DNA of 62,781 nt, from sequence record SRR20825010_3076, one strand, 5' to 3'. Below, piece after piece: positions 39,625 to 48,655 of the stretch; the first letter of the stretch is position 1, and each line of letters starts with the position of its first letter. Made by a program: the position numbers and the translations under genes. A model generated the notes under the pieces. The model searched no databases, was not told where the DNA came from, and saw only the letters and a list, made by a program, of their open reading frames with translations.

Positions 39625-40359
39625 TTGACATTGGCAACGGGCACTCATTCAGATTCCGGAACGTCATTGCTGCTGGTCTCACCGAGGTATGAGGGGGTGA
39701 CCGCGTCCTGGTTTTCCCCTGACTTCTGGGAGGGAAGGGCGAAACCGGTCTCCTCTGGTGGACGTGGCGGTGCCTGGTTTGTTGATATGGAGCCGCCGGG
39801 TATGGTGCTTCGTCATTACAGACGTGGCGGCATGATGGCCCGTTTCGCGGAAAAGACGTATTTGTTTACCGGCTTTGAACAGACCCGGTCTGTGGCCGAG
39901 TTCCGGTTGCTGGGCCAACTTCGCTCGCTGGGTCTGCCGGTACCGGAAGCCGTTGCTGCCATTGCCTGGAAATACCGGCTTTTCTGGTATCGGGCCGCTA
40001 TACTGGTAGAGCGGATACCGAATTCCGTCACGTTTTCCGACAGCGATCGCTTAAGCGATGAGTCTCTGTGGGCTCAGTTGGGGCAGGTCATCCGACGCTT
40101 TCACGACAACGGCCTCAATCACGTTGATTTGAACTGCGATAACATACTCGTGACGGGGGATCAGCTTTATCTGATCGACTTTGACCGTTGCAAACTGGTC
40201 CCAGAGAGCGAAAATGAAACAGATTCAGCATGGAAGCAGCGAAACCTGGAACGACTTCAGCGTTCTGTCAGGAAGCGGTGCCCAGGTTTATCCCCATCCC
40301 AGCGGGAAAACCTCTGGCAGCATCTGCTCCAAGCCTATCATCGCCAGCCCTCCCACTAA
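39625..40359 (+). CDS. kdkA: 3-deoxy-D-manno-octulosonic acid (Kdo) kinase
   Basis: GGRG.AWF, LRHYRRGG, GLPVP, H.DLN..NIL, IDFD, NL.RL.RS; start uncertain (TTG 39625 with upstream GAGG chosen; the ORF is open from 39514). Confidence 0.88.
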   Translation: MTLATGTHSDSGTSLLLVSPRYEGVTASWFSPDFWEGRAKPVSSGGRGGAWFVDMEPPGMVLRHYRRGGMMARFAEKTYLFTGFEQTRSVAEFRLLGQLRSLGLPVPEAVAAIAWKYRLFWYRAAILVERIPNSVTFSDSDRLSDESLWAQLGQVIRRFHDNGLNHVDLNCDNILVTGDQLYLIDFDRCKLVPESENETDSAWKQRNLERLQRSVRKRCPGLSPSQRENLWQHLLQAYHRQPSH

Positions 40360-40386
40360 ATTTCCAATCAGGCCCGATTCACGTTA

Positions 40387-41076
40387 ATGACCACCGTCAA
40401 ACTCGAAGAAGAGCTTCACTCCAATACCCGTAGAACCCGGATTACCTATCGGGGGCTGGTGGATGGCCGGGTGGCGGCGATCAAGTGTTACCGTAAGCCG
40501 CTTTTCGGGTTGGTTCATTGGATTCGTGCGTTGCGCCGTGGCAAGAAAATTCGGCGCGTGGGTGGGCCGGTACCGCCAACTGTTTATGCTGGTTGGATCG
40601 CCGAATTGACATGTTTTGGTTTCGCTACCGAGTTCCTCACGGGTTACCGCCCAATGAGAGAGCTGTTGAGAGAGACGGACGACCGCGACGAGCAGATTCA
40701 GCTTTTAAAGCGCTTGGGAGAGTGCATTGCCGATCTTCATAAAAAGGGAATCGAACAACCTGATTGTAATCTGACTAACTTTTTAATGGGCGCTGATGGC
40801 CAGATCAGGATGGTAGACGAAGACGATGTGCGTGTCCATCGTGCGGGGTTGCGTGAGGGCGTGGCTTTGTCGAATCTTTCGAATCTAGGAGCAAGGCTGC
40901 CGCCGGGGGAGTTGCCTCTCGTGTTGCACCAGGCATACGTTGAGGCCTTCGGTGATGCCGGTAGCGGAATAAGGCTTGATGTTAAAGAGTTTGAGAACCA
41001 GGTATCTGAGAAGAAACAGCAATTACGCAAAAAGCGAACTGCGAGAGATGCAGCGCCCGACCGAGAGTACGATTGA
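40387..41076 (+). CDS. LPS kinase-like protein (Kdo/WaaP/InaA fold)
   Basis: AAIKCY, FATEFL, LH..GI.QPDCNLTNF, MVDED. Confidence 0.7.
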   Translation: MTTVKLEEELHSNTRRTRITYRGLVDGRVAAIKCYRKPLFGLVHWIRALRRGKKIRRVGGPVPPTVYAGWIAELTCFGFATEFLTGYRPMRELLRETDDRDEQIQLLKRLGECIADLHKKGIEQPDCNLTNFLMGADGQIRMVDEDDVRVHRAGLREGVALSNLSNLGARLPPGELPLVLHQAYVEAFGDAGSGIRLDVKEFENQVSEKKQQLRKKRTARDAAPDREYD

Positions 41077-41852
41077 TGGTGGATATCCCGGTATTTCTGG
41101 TCTCCATGAAGGGAGACCACGCTCGACGCGAACGAATGTCTGCAGCATTCCCAACCCTCTATCCTACGATGAGGTTAGTAGACGCGGTTGACGGGCGTCT
41201 GCTGAGCGCACAGGACTATTTTCGATATGCTTCGAGTGCGTTCGTTAACCATAGGCGACTTCTTGCGCCTGCTGAAGTCGGTTGCAGTCTCAGCCACATT
41301 GAGGCACTAGAGCAATTTCTGAGTTCTGGTGCCGAGCGCGCCGTAATTCTGGAGGATGACGTGCTGGGTGATGACGCAGGGCTGTCAAAGGCTCTTGAAG
41401 ACGTTCGTCTAATCCCGAACGAGTCAGTCATCATTCTAGGTGGTCAGGAGGGAATGCCTTCCCGCAAATATATATTTGGCAAGCCGATTGTTGAAAACCG
41501 TATTTTCGCCTTGCCTCATTACTCCACCCATCACATATTTCGGACATGCTGTTACGGAGTGACCCGATTCAGCGCCGACAGTATTGTGACCTCACAAAAA
41601 GCCTCTTTAAAATTGGCGGATGCGTGGTGGGCTTTCAGTGGAAAAAATGGAGACCTGACCATCCACTTCAGTCATCAATTGGCCCATCCGGTAGACCGTA
41701 GCGACAGCCACATTGAAAATAGCAGAAGTGACCTGAGCTCTCAGGTGCAAAGAGGTCTTTTAAGTTTTTTGGTCAAGCGGTTTCAACGGCTCAAGCGAAG
41801 ATTCGGCGCGGTCTTATGCAAATCGCGTGGCTATCAGAGAGTTGTTCGTTGA
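41076..41852 (+). CDS. Glycosyltransferase family 25
   Basis: FLVSM....RR, DAVDG, EVGCSLSH, ILEDD. Confidence 0.9.
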   Translation: MVDIPVFLVSMKGDHARRERMSAAFPTLYPTMRLVDAVDGRLLSAQDYFRYASSAFVNHRRLLAPAEVGCSLSHIEALEQFLSSGAERAVILEDDVLGDDAGLSKALEDVRLIPNESVIILGGQEGMPSRKYIFGKPIVENRIFALPHYSTHHIFRTCCYGVTRFSADSIVTSQKASLKLADAWWAFSGKNGDLTIHFSHQLAHPVDRSDSHIENSRSDLSSQVQRGLLSFLVKRFQRLKRRFGAVLCKSRGYQRVVR

Positions 41853-43075
41853 AGATCCGAATGGGGCTCGGCGGCGGAGTCTAAGCTCAACAATGAAATC
41901 ATCGATAGAACGAACAGATTGATCGTCACAGGGTGATTAAAGGGTACGTCCGTCAGAGATGCGACCGCGTACATAAACGTAATTCCCAATACGCTCCCTA
42001 ACACCAGTTTGCTGCGCCGAAAGTACTTGAACGCCAATAGGGGCGGTGTTAGCAAAAGGCCCAGAAGAGCCAGAAGCCCGGGAATTCCTTTTTTTACGAG
42101 AGTATCGAGGTACTGATTGTGGTAATGGTAGGGCGCGTAATTCGCAGCTGCCTGGTTAACGAGGCCTTGGTCGGCGAGGTGTTGGAACGACGACTTATGG
42201 CTTTCCCCCAGCCCGGTCAGAGGCTCAAGCGTCGACATTTCTAGTGCCGCTTTCCAAAACTGCAGCCTAAGCCCAATGGAGCCGGTTTCATCGCCTGCTT
42301 CAATAAGAGCCATGTCAGACACTGTGGCGTCGATTCGCTTTTCGAGAATTTGACCACCAATTGCAACGGCGACGATTATAGTCATTCCAATGCCCGCAAC
42401 AGCAAGCTTATTCGAGCGTGCATGCCTGAAGAGCAGGTAGGTTATTGTCACGCCCATTATTAAGGTGGCTGGCAATACGACGCCTCTGGTCCCCGTCAAC
42501 GCAAGCGCAATAAACAGTAGAAGAGTCGTTGTCCAAGCAATCAGTTTCAGTTTTAGTTCGGCGGATGTAACAGCCAGGAATAACGAACTGATAAGTACGG
42601 TTGCTAACCCAGTGGCGAAAGGTATTGGGTTGTAGTTCAAGTGCGCACGTGCGACATCGTTGATGAAGGATTGGTAAAAACACACGGCGATGAATCCCGC
42701 GCCGGAGAGCAGTATGACGGTTCGCCAGCTTTTGAGGGTAAGAACCATGCAAACTGACATTCCGGAATAGACCGACAGGGCTGAAACTGTTCTCAGTTCA
42801 GAGATATTGCCATCTTTAAGCAAATAGCCAGCGCCACACACGATCGCGGTTGACGCGACAACCAATGAAAAGGGGGTCTTAGCTCTCTTTTGTTCTCTAT
42901 GGGTTGAGCGCCAACATTTTGAAGCAATGAAGTACCCCAACAGAACCAATATAATAGCGGGTACGTATTTGTCGCCTTCAGGAATCCACCACATTACAGT
43001 CATGGCAAACGCAACCGGTATGAATAAGGTAAGGTCATTCCAGTTAGGCGTTGCAAACAAAGGGGGACTGGGCAT
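41834..43075 (-). CDS. waaL: O-antigen ligase family protein
   Basis: Polytopic membrane protein; NPIPF, LTGTRG, SIGLRLQFW, P.TGLG, HYHNQYL. Confidence 0.85.
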   Translation of the reverse strand: MPSPPLFATPNWNDLTLFIPVAFAMTVMWWIPEGDKYVPAIILVLLGYFIASKCWRSTHREQKRAKTPFSLVVASTAIVCGAGYLLKDGNISELRTVSALSVYSGMSVCMVLTLKSWRTVILLSGAGFIAVCFYQSFINDVARAHLNYNPIPFATGLATVLISSLFLAVTSAELKLKLIAWTTTLLLFIALALTGTRGVVLPATLIMGVTITYLLFRHARSNKLAVAGIGMTIIVAVAIGGQILEKRIDATVSDMALIEAGDETGSIGLRLQFWKAALEMSTLEPLTGLGESHKSSFQHLADQGLVNQAAANYAPYHYHNQYLDTLVKKGIPGLLALLGLLLTPPLLAFKYFRRSKLVLGSVLGITFMYAVASLTDVPFNHPVTINLFVLSMISLLSLDSAAEPHSDLQRTTL

Positions 43076-43246
43076 TGGAATCTGGTTCTGGGTCTTGTCG
43101 ATTGGAAGAATGTTGGCAGGGCAAAGTTAAGTTTTAGTGTAACAGATTTGTTGGGTTAGAAGCAGTCGCCCAAGCGGGACTTTCAGCCCAGTCTGAATCC
43201 ATCAGTAAGTTTAGATACAATCAGCGTTTTAACTCCTGACGGTCCA

Positions 43247-44146
43247 ATGGGTATGCCCAAAGTTTCGATCATTATCCCGACCCACAATCGCCCTGACATG
43301 CTCGCAAAGGCCATCGAGTCGGCGGTCGACCAGTCGCTTTCCGATCTGGAGGTAATTGTGGTTGATGATGGCAGCAGCGTGCCAGTTGACTACGAAGGCG
43401 AGGATGAGCGGGTTCGTGTGCATCGCCATTCAATCGCCCAGGGTGTATCTGCAGCCCGCAATGCTGGGCTGTCTCTGGCGAATGGGGAGTACATCGCTTT
43501 TCTGGACGATGATGACACCTTGCTTCCGGATTATGCCGGCAAAATGCTCGAGTTATTCGAGCAATACGGTGACGAAATCGACTTTGCCTGGCCGGCTCTG
43601 CGCGTGTTGGATGTTTCCTCGGGTGACACCTCGGAGGCCCAGCAGCATTCTTGCCTTATCCGTCGTCACCACAAGGCCGATGAAGTCGCGTATGCCGCGA
43701 CAGCATACACCCGTACGACGGGCATGATGTTCAGAGCAGAATCAATACGCCGAATTGGAGGTTTTGACGAATCCCTGACGGTTTCCGAAGATCGGGAGCT
43801 GGTTTTTCGAATGTTAAGTGAGGGGAGTGGTTGTGGTTCCGTTCAGGCTCCATTGGTGAACTTTTTCATTCACTCTGGCCCGCGCCTGAGTACCAGCGAT
43901 AATCTACTCAAGCAGGCGAAGTGCGACACCCTGATTGCGGACCGGCATGCAGGTTTCATTGCCCAACATCCCAAGTTGGCCTCCCGTTACCTGAATTTAC
44001 TCGCGCGCAGGCAAAAAGATGCGGGTCTGATTGCTGACTACCGCTCGACGCTATTGCGGCTTCTGCGAATCAGTCCTTTGGATGTCAGAGCTCTTAAGAG
44101 GCTTATGCTATCGCTTTTCTTGTCGTCGAAAGCTGGCGGATCTTGA
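43247..44146 (+). CDS. Glycosyltransferase family 2
   Basis: VSIIIPTHNR, VVDDGS, AARNAG, FLDDDD, GGFDE, ED. Confidence 0.93.
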   Translation: MGMPKVSIIIPTHNRPDMLAKAIESAVDQSLSDLEVIVVDDGSSVPVDYEGEDERVRVHRHSIAQGVSAARNAGLSLANGEYIAFLDDDDTLLPDYAGKMLELFEQYGDEIDFAWPALRVLDVSSGDTSEAQQHSCLIRRHHKADEVAYAATAYTRTTGMMFRAESIRRIGGFDESLTVSEDRELVFRMLSEGSGCGSVQAPLVNFFIHSGPRLSTSDNLLKQAKCDTLIADRHAGFIAQHPKLASRYLNLLARRQKDAGLIADYRSTLLRLLRISPLDVRALKRLMLSLFLSSKAGGS

Positions 44147-44151
44147 TTCTG

Positions 44152-44817
44152 TTAGTTGGCTGTTTCATTCGGTGGCGCATTTCGATAATCAGGAAGTGCA
44201 GGTAGACCCTCGATATGAACAACCCCAAGCTGCGCAGGAATGCGGTCAATGCCTGCCGCGATCGCCATCGCTAAACGATGATTGCCTTTCCTGCCGAAGT
44301 AGGGCTTGCCGTCTGGACCAATGTTGACGAGTATCCCTCCCTCTTCCCGGAAGTTCCCAGGGATCAGCTCATCTCTGGGGCTCAGGCGCCCTGCTTGTCG
44401 CACGCTTTCGTATAGGGCATCAAGCTGCCGGTACCGGAGTTTAACGTCTTCAAGTGTCCTGAGGCGGTCTACCTTTCCGTGCTTCCGTATCTGATCCATC
44501 ATTGCGTCGTAAATGCCCGTTTCTTCCCACGACAACCCGCCCCGCCAGTGGGCTACACACGCCTTTATGGCGACGGTTTGATCGACGCGCCCCAGCCCCC
44601 CGGTGGGCCAGGAACGGATGATTTGTCCGCTTTGTTTTGAGCTTCCCGCCTTGACGGCAAATTCAAGCTCGGAAATCGGCACCCACAGTTGTTCGGCAAA
44701 CCTCGGCGCGTCTTCCCCATATAATGCCTTGTTCTGTCGATCCGTTTGCCACGCTCGGAGGCGGCTGTTCCAGTTCCTTCGTAGCTGCTCGAATCTGGAT
44801 TTTTCGGTAATACCCAT
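44152..44817 (-). CDS. Hypothetical protein with ParB/Srx-like motif
   Basis: C-terminal ILVNIGPDG...KGNHRLAMAIAAGIDRIP resembles the ParB/sulfiredoxin GxHR..A...G...IP motif. Confidence 0.6.
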   Translation of the reverse strand: MGITEKSRFEQLRRNWNSRLRAWQTDRQNKALYGEDAPRFAEQLWVPISELEFAVKAGSSKQSGQIIRSWPTGGLGRVDQTVAIKACVAHWRGGLSWEETGIYDAMMDQIRKHGKVDRLRTLEDVKLRYRQLDALYESVRQAGRLSPRDELIPGNFREEGGILVNIGPDGKPYFGRKGNHRLAMAIAAGIDRIPAQLGVVHIEGLPALPDYRNAPPNETAN

Positions 44818-44922
44818 GCCGCCGTCTGCTCGCCTATGATGTAAACTACGGAGTTTACATCAGGTTTTGTCCCTCGTGGAATCTGGGGATTTGTCGTCAA
44901 TTGAATGAGTGATTGTTGATTC

Positions 44923-47900
44923 ATGGGAACAACGGAGCGAGCACACCAGACACGCCTCATCATCCTCGGCGCTGGCAAGCCGTTCAGCGGCGAACAGCAT
45001 AGTGTGCTCCGGGGCACAACCGGTCGCAGGCGGGTACTGGACTGGGTATTGCACTCCATGCGCGCAGTAGAGCCCGACGTTCATTTCGTGGGCGGATACC
45101 AGCTGGATGAAATTGCCGAGCGTTATCCCGAGCTTCACTATTCGGTGAACCCTCATTGGCAATCCACCGGTGCGGCGGCGTCGTTGCTGGAAGCGCCACT
45201 GAATGATCGCGTCGTTCACTACGTGTCCTATTCCGACGTGCTGTTTCGGGATTCCGCGGTGCAATCTTTATCCTCCAGTGAGGCGGATATAGCCGTTTTG
45301 GTGGACAGCAATTGGCGTCACCGGTTTGAGGGGCGCTCTGAAGAGGATTTACAGCGATGTGAAAAAGTGAACGTGCACGGCGGCCGGATCACCCGTTTGG
45401 GGCGGGATATCCTTCCCGAACTGGCCGATGCCGAATTCGTTGGTCTGGTTCGGCTGCAGCCCAAGGTTGCGGGTTTTCTGGCGGGGCAGTCGGATTTTCC
45501 GGAAGCCATACGCAAGGGCAGCCTCACCCAGCTTCTTGAGCTGTTGCGGGTTCGTGGGTTCAGTGTGGCTGCGGTGGATGTGGCCGGTGGATGGGCAGAA
45601 CTGAACGAGCCGAACGATCTCAGTCGGTTTATCCTGGGCACCAAGGCGCAGACGCTCCATCGTTTGCAGGGCGTGGTTACGAGAAGTCGTATTGAAGACC
45701 AGGTCAGCTTTACGGTTGCCGAATGGCAGGACTTGGACACAGAAGTACTCGCCCGGATCGGGGCGCGCCTATCGGAAACGGAAAAACTGGTTGTCCGCAG
45801 CAGTGCCTTGTCAGAGGACGGGTTCGGGGTATCCAACGCTGGCGCTTACACCAGTGTTCTCAATGTCAGTCGCCAGAGTGAAGGCGAGCTTAGAGCCGCC
45901 ATTGAGAAGGTCATTGCCTCCTATCCCGATGGCCACCCCGACAACCAGGTTCTGGTGCAGCCGATGCTGGAACAGGTGATTGCCAGTGGTGTGGCGTTCA
46001 CCAAAACCCTGTCCTCGGGGGCTCCGTATTATGTCGTGAATTACGACGATACTACGAATAGCACCGAGTCCATCACCAGCGGTGCCAGCCGGGATCACAA
46101 AACCCTCTTTGTTCATCGGGATGCTCCGGAGAAGCTGGTACGGGTGCCGGAGAACCTGGCGGGACTGATGCCCGCGCTGAGGGAAGTCGAGGACCTGTTG
46201 GATTTCGATTCTCTCGATATGGAATTCGCTATCACTGAGGGCGGCCTGATCCATATCCTTCAGGTGCGCCCGATTGCGGTTCAGCACGAGCTCACTCAGA
46301 GTGATGCGGCAGAGAGCTTGCTGACGAACGCCGTGGATCGATTTCGGCAGTGGCAGGCTCCAGCGCCATTTGTTGTCGGCAAGCGTGCCTGTTTCGGTGT
46401 GATGCCGGACTGGAACCCGGCTGAAATCATCGGCACCCGGCCGGGACGACTGGCATCCAGCCTGTATCGCTATCTGATCATGGACGACGTGTGGGCAGCC
46501 CAGAGAGCGGAATACGGTTATCGGGACGTTCGCCCCCAGCCGTTGCTCAGGATGTTTGCCGGGCACCCTTACGTGGATATTCGCGCCAGCTTCAACTCTT
46601 TCATTCCGCAATCCCTGGATGACGGCTTGGCAGGGCGGCTGGTGGACTTCTACATGGAGTGGTTACGTCGCCACCCGCATCTACACGACAAAGTTGAGTT
46701 TGATGTGGTGCCTACCTGCTACGCGCTGGATTTTGAGCGCTGGCGGGAACGTTTGATCCACGAGGGTGGTTTTAATGCCGATGAGGCAGATCGGCTTGGC
46801 GTGGGATTGAAAACCATCACTGCCTGCGCCATCGCTCGAACCGACGCGGATCTGCAAGTAATTGACCGCTTCGAAGAGCGGCTGGCGTGTTTCCGGAACA
46901 CTGATGCCGCCAGTCTGGACGATGCACTGTCGCTGCTTGAAGAGTGTCGGCGATACGGAACCCTGGCGTTTGCCCATCTTGCCCGCAGTGCCTTTGTTGC
47001 GATCACATTGCTTCGGTCGGCCGTCGAAAAAGGTGTGTTGTCCCAGGGCGCCATGGATGCGTTCCTCAACTCTATCCGCACGGTTTCCCACCGGTTTACC
47101 GACGATGCTGCGAAGGTGGCTCGTCAAGAATTGTCCATGGCCGCCTTCACCCAACAATATCGGCACTTGCGGCCAGGTACCTACGACATAACCTCGCCCT
47201 GTTATGGCGATAACCCTGAGCATTTCCTGGTTCCGGTGATTGAGCGTTCAGCGTCGGAGTTGCACGCCGACTCGGGTTCCCATATCGCTCTGGACGCGTG
47301 GGAAAATGAGAGGCAGACGTTCGCGCAGGCGGTTTCAGATGCCGGTTTGCCCGGTGACATTGAGCAGCTTGAGCGTTTTATGCGTAATGCCATCGAGGGC
47401 CGTGAGTACGCCAAGTTTGTGTTTACCCGGCATCTTTCTCTGGCCCTGAATTGCCTGGCGGGTTACGGAGAGCGTCATGGGGTAACGCGGGAGCAGATGG
47501 CGTGTATTTCCGTTGAAGCCCTGTCCGCGTTGAGGTCAGGAACCGTGGCGGTGGCCGATGAGGCCTCCTGGCTGGCAGACCAGGCTACCGAAGGTTATGA
47601 GGCCAGCCGGGCAGCGGCTATGGTTGAATTACCCCCCTTGCTGCTGTCAGAAAGTGACTTTTACGCCTTCCTGTACACTGATAGCCACGCGAATTTCGTG
47701 GGTGCCGGGAAGATCTCCGCCGAGTGCGTCGATCTGCAAAAACGAGCCACTGACGAGCGGAGTAACCTGTCCGGCAAAATTGCCATGATTCCCCAGGCCG
47801 ACCCCGGTTATGACTGGCTGTTTGGCCATGGCATTGCCGGGTTGATTACCATGTATGGCGGTGCCAATTCCCACATGGCCATACGGGCCGCAGAGTTTGG

Positions 47901-48006
47901 ACTACCTGCCGCCATTGGCGTAGGCGAGGGGAAGTACGAGGCATTGGCGAGGGCAACCGTGTTGGAACTGGACCCCGTCAACAAGCGAATTGAGGTCATC
48001 CGTTAA
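44923..48006 (+). CDS. L-glutamine kinase-like (Cj1418-type, PEP-utilising fold) fused to an N-terminal nucleotidyltransferase-like domain
   Basis: ATP-grasp VVRSSA.SED...NAGAY.S, VLVQPM, DMEFA...LQVRP; central FGVMPDWNPAEIIG; phosphohistidine domain ADPGYDWLF...GGANSHMAIRAAE; N-terminal ~230 aa with IILGAG, YSDVLF, EFVGL, W.E. Confidence 0.8.
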   Translation: MGTTERAHQTRLIILGAGKPFSGEQHSVLRGTTGRRRVLDWVLHSMRAVEPDVHFVGGYQLDEIAERYPELHYSVNPHWQSTGAAASLLEAPLNDRVVHYVSYSDVLFRDSAVQSLSSSEADIAVLVDSNWRHRFEGRSEEDLQRCEKVNVHGGRITRLGRDILPELADAEFVGLVRLQPKVAGFLAGQSDFPEAIRKGSLTQLLELLRVRGFSVAAVDVAGGWAELNEPNDLSRFILGTKAQTLHRLQGVVTRSRIEDQVSFTVAEWQDLDTEVLARIGARLSETEKLVVRSSALSEDGFGVSNAGAYTSVLNVSRQSEGELRAAIEKVIASYPDGHPDNQVLVQPMLEQVIASGVAFTKTLSSGAPYYVVNYDDTTNSTESITSGASRDHKTLFVHRDAPEKLVRVPENLAGLMPALREVEDLLDFDSLDMEFAITEGGLIHILQVRPIAVQHELTQSDAAESLLTNAVDRFRQWQAPAPFVVGKRACFGVMPDWNPAEIIGTRPGRLASSLYRYLIMDDVWAAQRAEYGYRDVRPQPLLRMFAGHPYVDIRASFNSFIPQSLDDGLAGRLVDFYMEWLRRHPHLHDKVEFDVVPTCYALDFERWRERLIHEGGFNADEADRLGVGLKTITACAIARTDADLQVIDRFEERLACFRNTDAASLDDALSLLEECRRYGTLAFAHLARSAFVAITLLRSAVEKGVLSQGAMDAFLNSIRTVSHRFTDDAAKVARQELSMAAFTQQYRHLRPGTYDITSPCYGDNPEHFLVPVIERSASELHADSGSHIALDAWENERQTFAQAVSDAGLPGDIEQLERFMRNAIEGREYAKFVFTRHLSLALNCLAGYGERHGVTREQMACISVEALSALRSGTVAVADEASWLADQATEGYEASRAAAMVELPPLLLSESDFYAFLYTDSHANFVGAGKISAECVDLQKRATDERSNLSGKIAMIPQADPGYDWLFGHGIAGLITMYGGANSHMAIRAAEFGLPAAIGVGEGKYEALARATVLELDPVNKRIEVIR

Positions 48007-48007
48007 G

Positions 48008-48655
48008 ATGCGCATTGGAGTCAGTCAGCGCGTGGAAGTGGTTGCGTCTTATGGTGAGCACCGGGATTGCCTGGATCAGCAATGGTTCCGGTTTCTTGAG
48101 GCACTGGGGTTCATGCCCGTGCCCATTCCCAACTCGCTGTCCAATCTCAACGAATGGCTGGCATCGACGGGAATTGAGGGGCTGATCCTGTCGGGTGGCA
48201 ATGATCTCACTCACCTGCCTGATGCCATCAACACGTCGGCAGAGCGAGATGAGACGGAACGAACCCTGCTTTCGCTTGCACGCGAGCGGGGGTGGCCAGT
48301 TATCGGAGTCTGTCGGGGACTGCAGATGATGAACGTCTGGCTGGGCGGGCAGCTTACCCCGGTCTCCGGTCATACCGCCGTGCGACACGCGGTGACACCA
48401 ACTGAACAGACAAATAGCTGGTTTCGCCCCTACCAGGACGTCAACAGTTTCCATAACTGGGGAATTTCCCCGGAGGGTCTGGTGGCGGAACTCATCCCCC
48501 AGTTGCTGAGCCCGGAAGGCGATATCGAGGCGTATGTGCATCGTAGCCTGCCTTGGGCTGGCATCATGTGGCACCCGGAGCGAGAGGCGCCGTTCACCGA
48601 GCGCGACAAACAACTTTTCAACTGTATTTTCAGAGGTACCCCATGCAAACACTGA
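48008..48655 (+). CDS. Class I glutamine amidotransferase / peptidase C26, gamma-glutamyl-CDP-amidate hydrolase-like (Cj1417-type)
   Basis: IGVSQRV...EHRDCLDQQW, LILSGGND, GVCRG (catalytic Cys), VNSFH, WHPER (His-Glu). Confidence 0.8.
   Translation: MRIGVSQRVEVVASYGEHRDCLDQQWFRFLEALGFMPVPIPNSLSNLNEWLASTGIEGLILSGGNDLTHLPDAINTSAERDETERTLLSLARERGWPVIGVCRGLQMMNVWLGGQLTPVSGHTAVRHAVTPTEQTNSWFRPYQDVNSFHNWGISPEGLVAELIPQLLSPEGDIEAYVHRSLPWAGIMWHPEREAPFTERDKQLFNCIFRGTPCKH

Noticed and set aside
44923-48006. Annotation as PEP synthase or pyruvate phosphate dikinase
   Set aside because: No pyruvate-binding barrel is evident; the His domain is C-terminal, and the central motifs and neighbours fit the glutamine kinase type.
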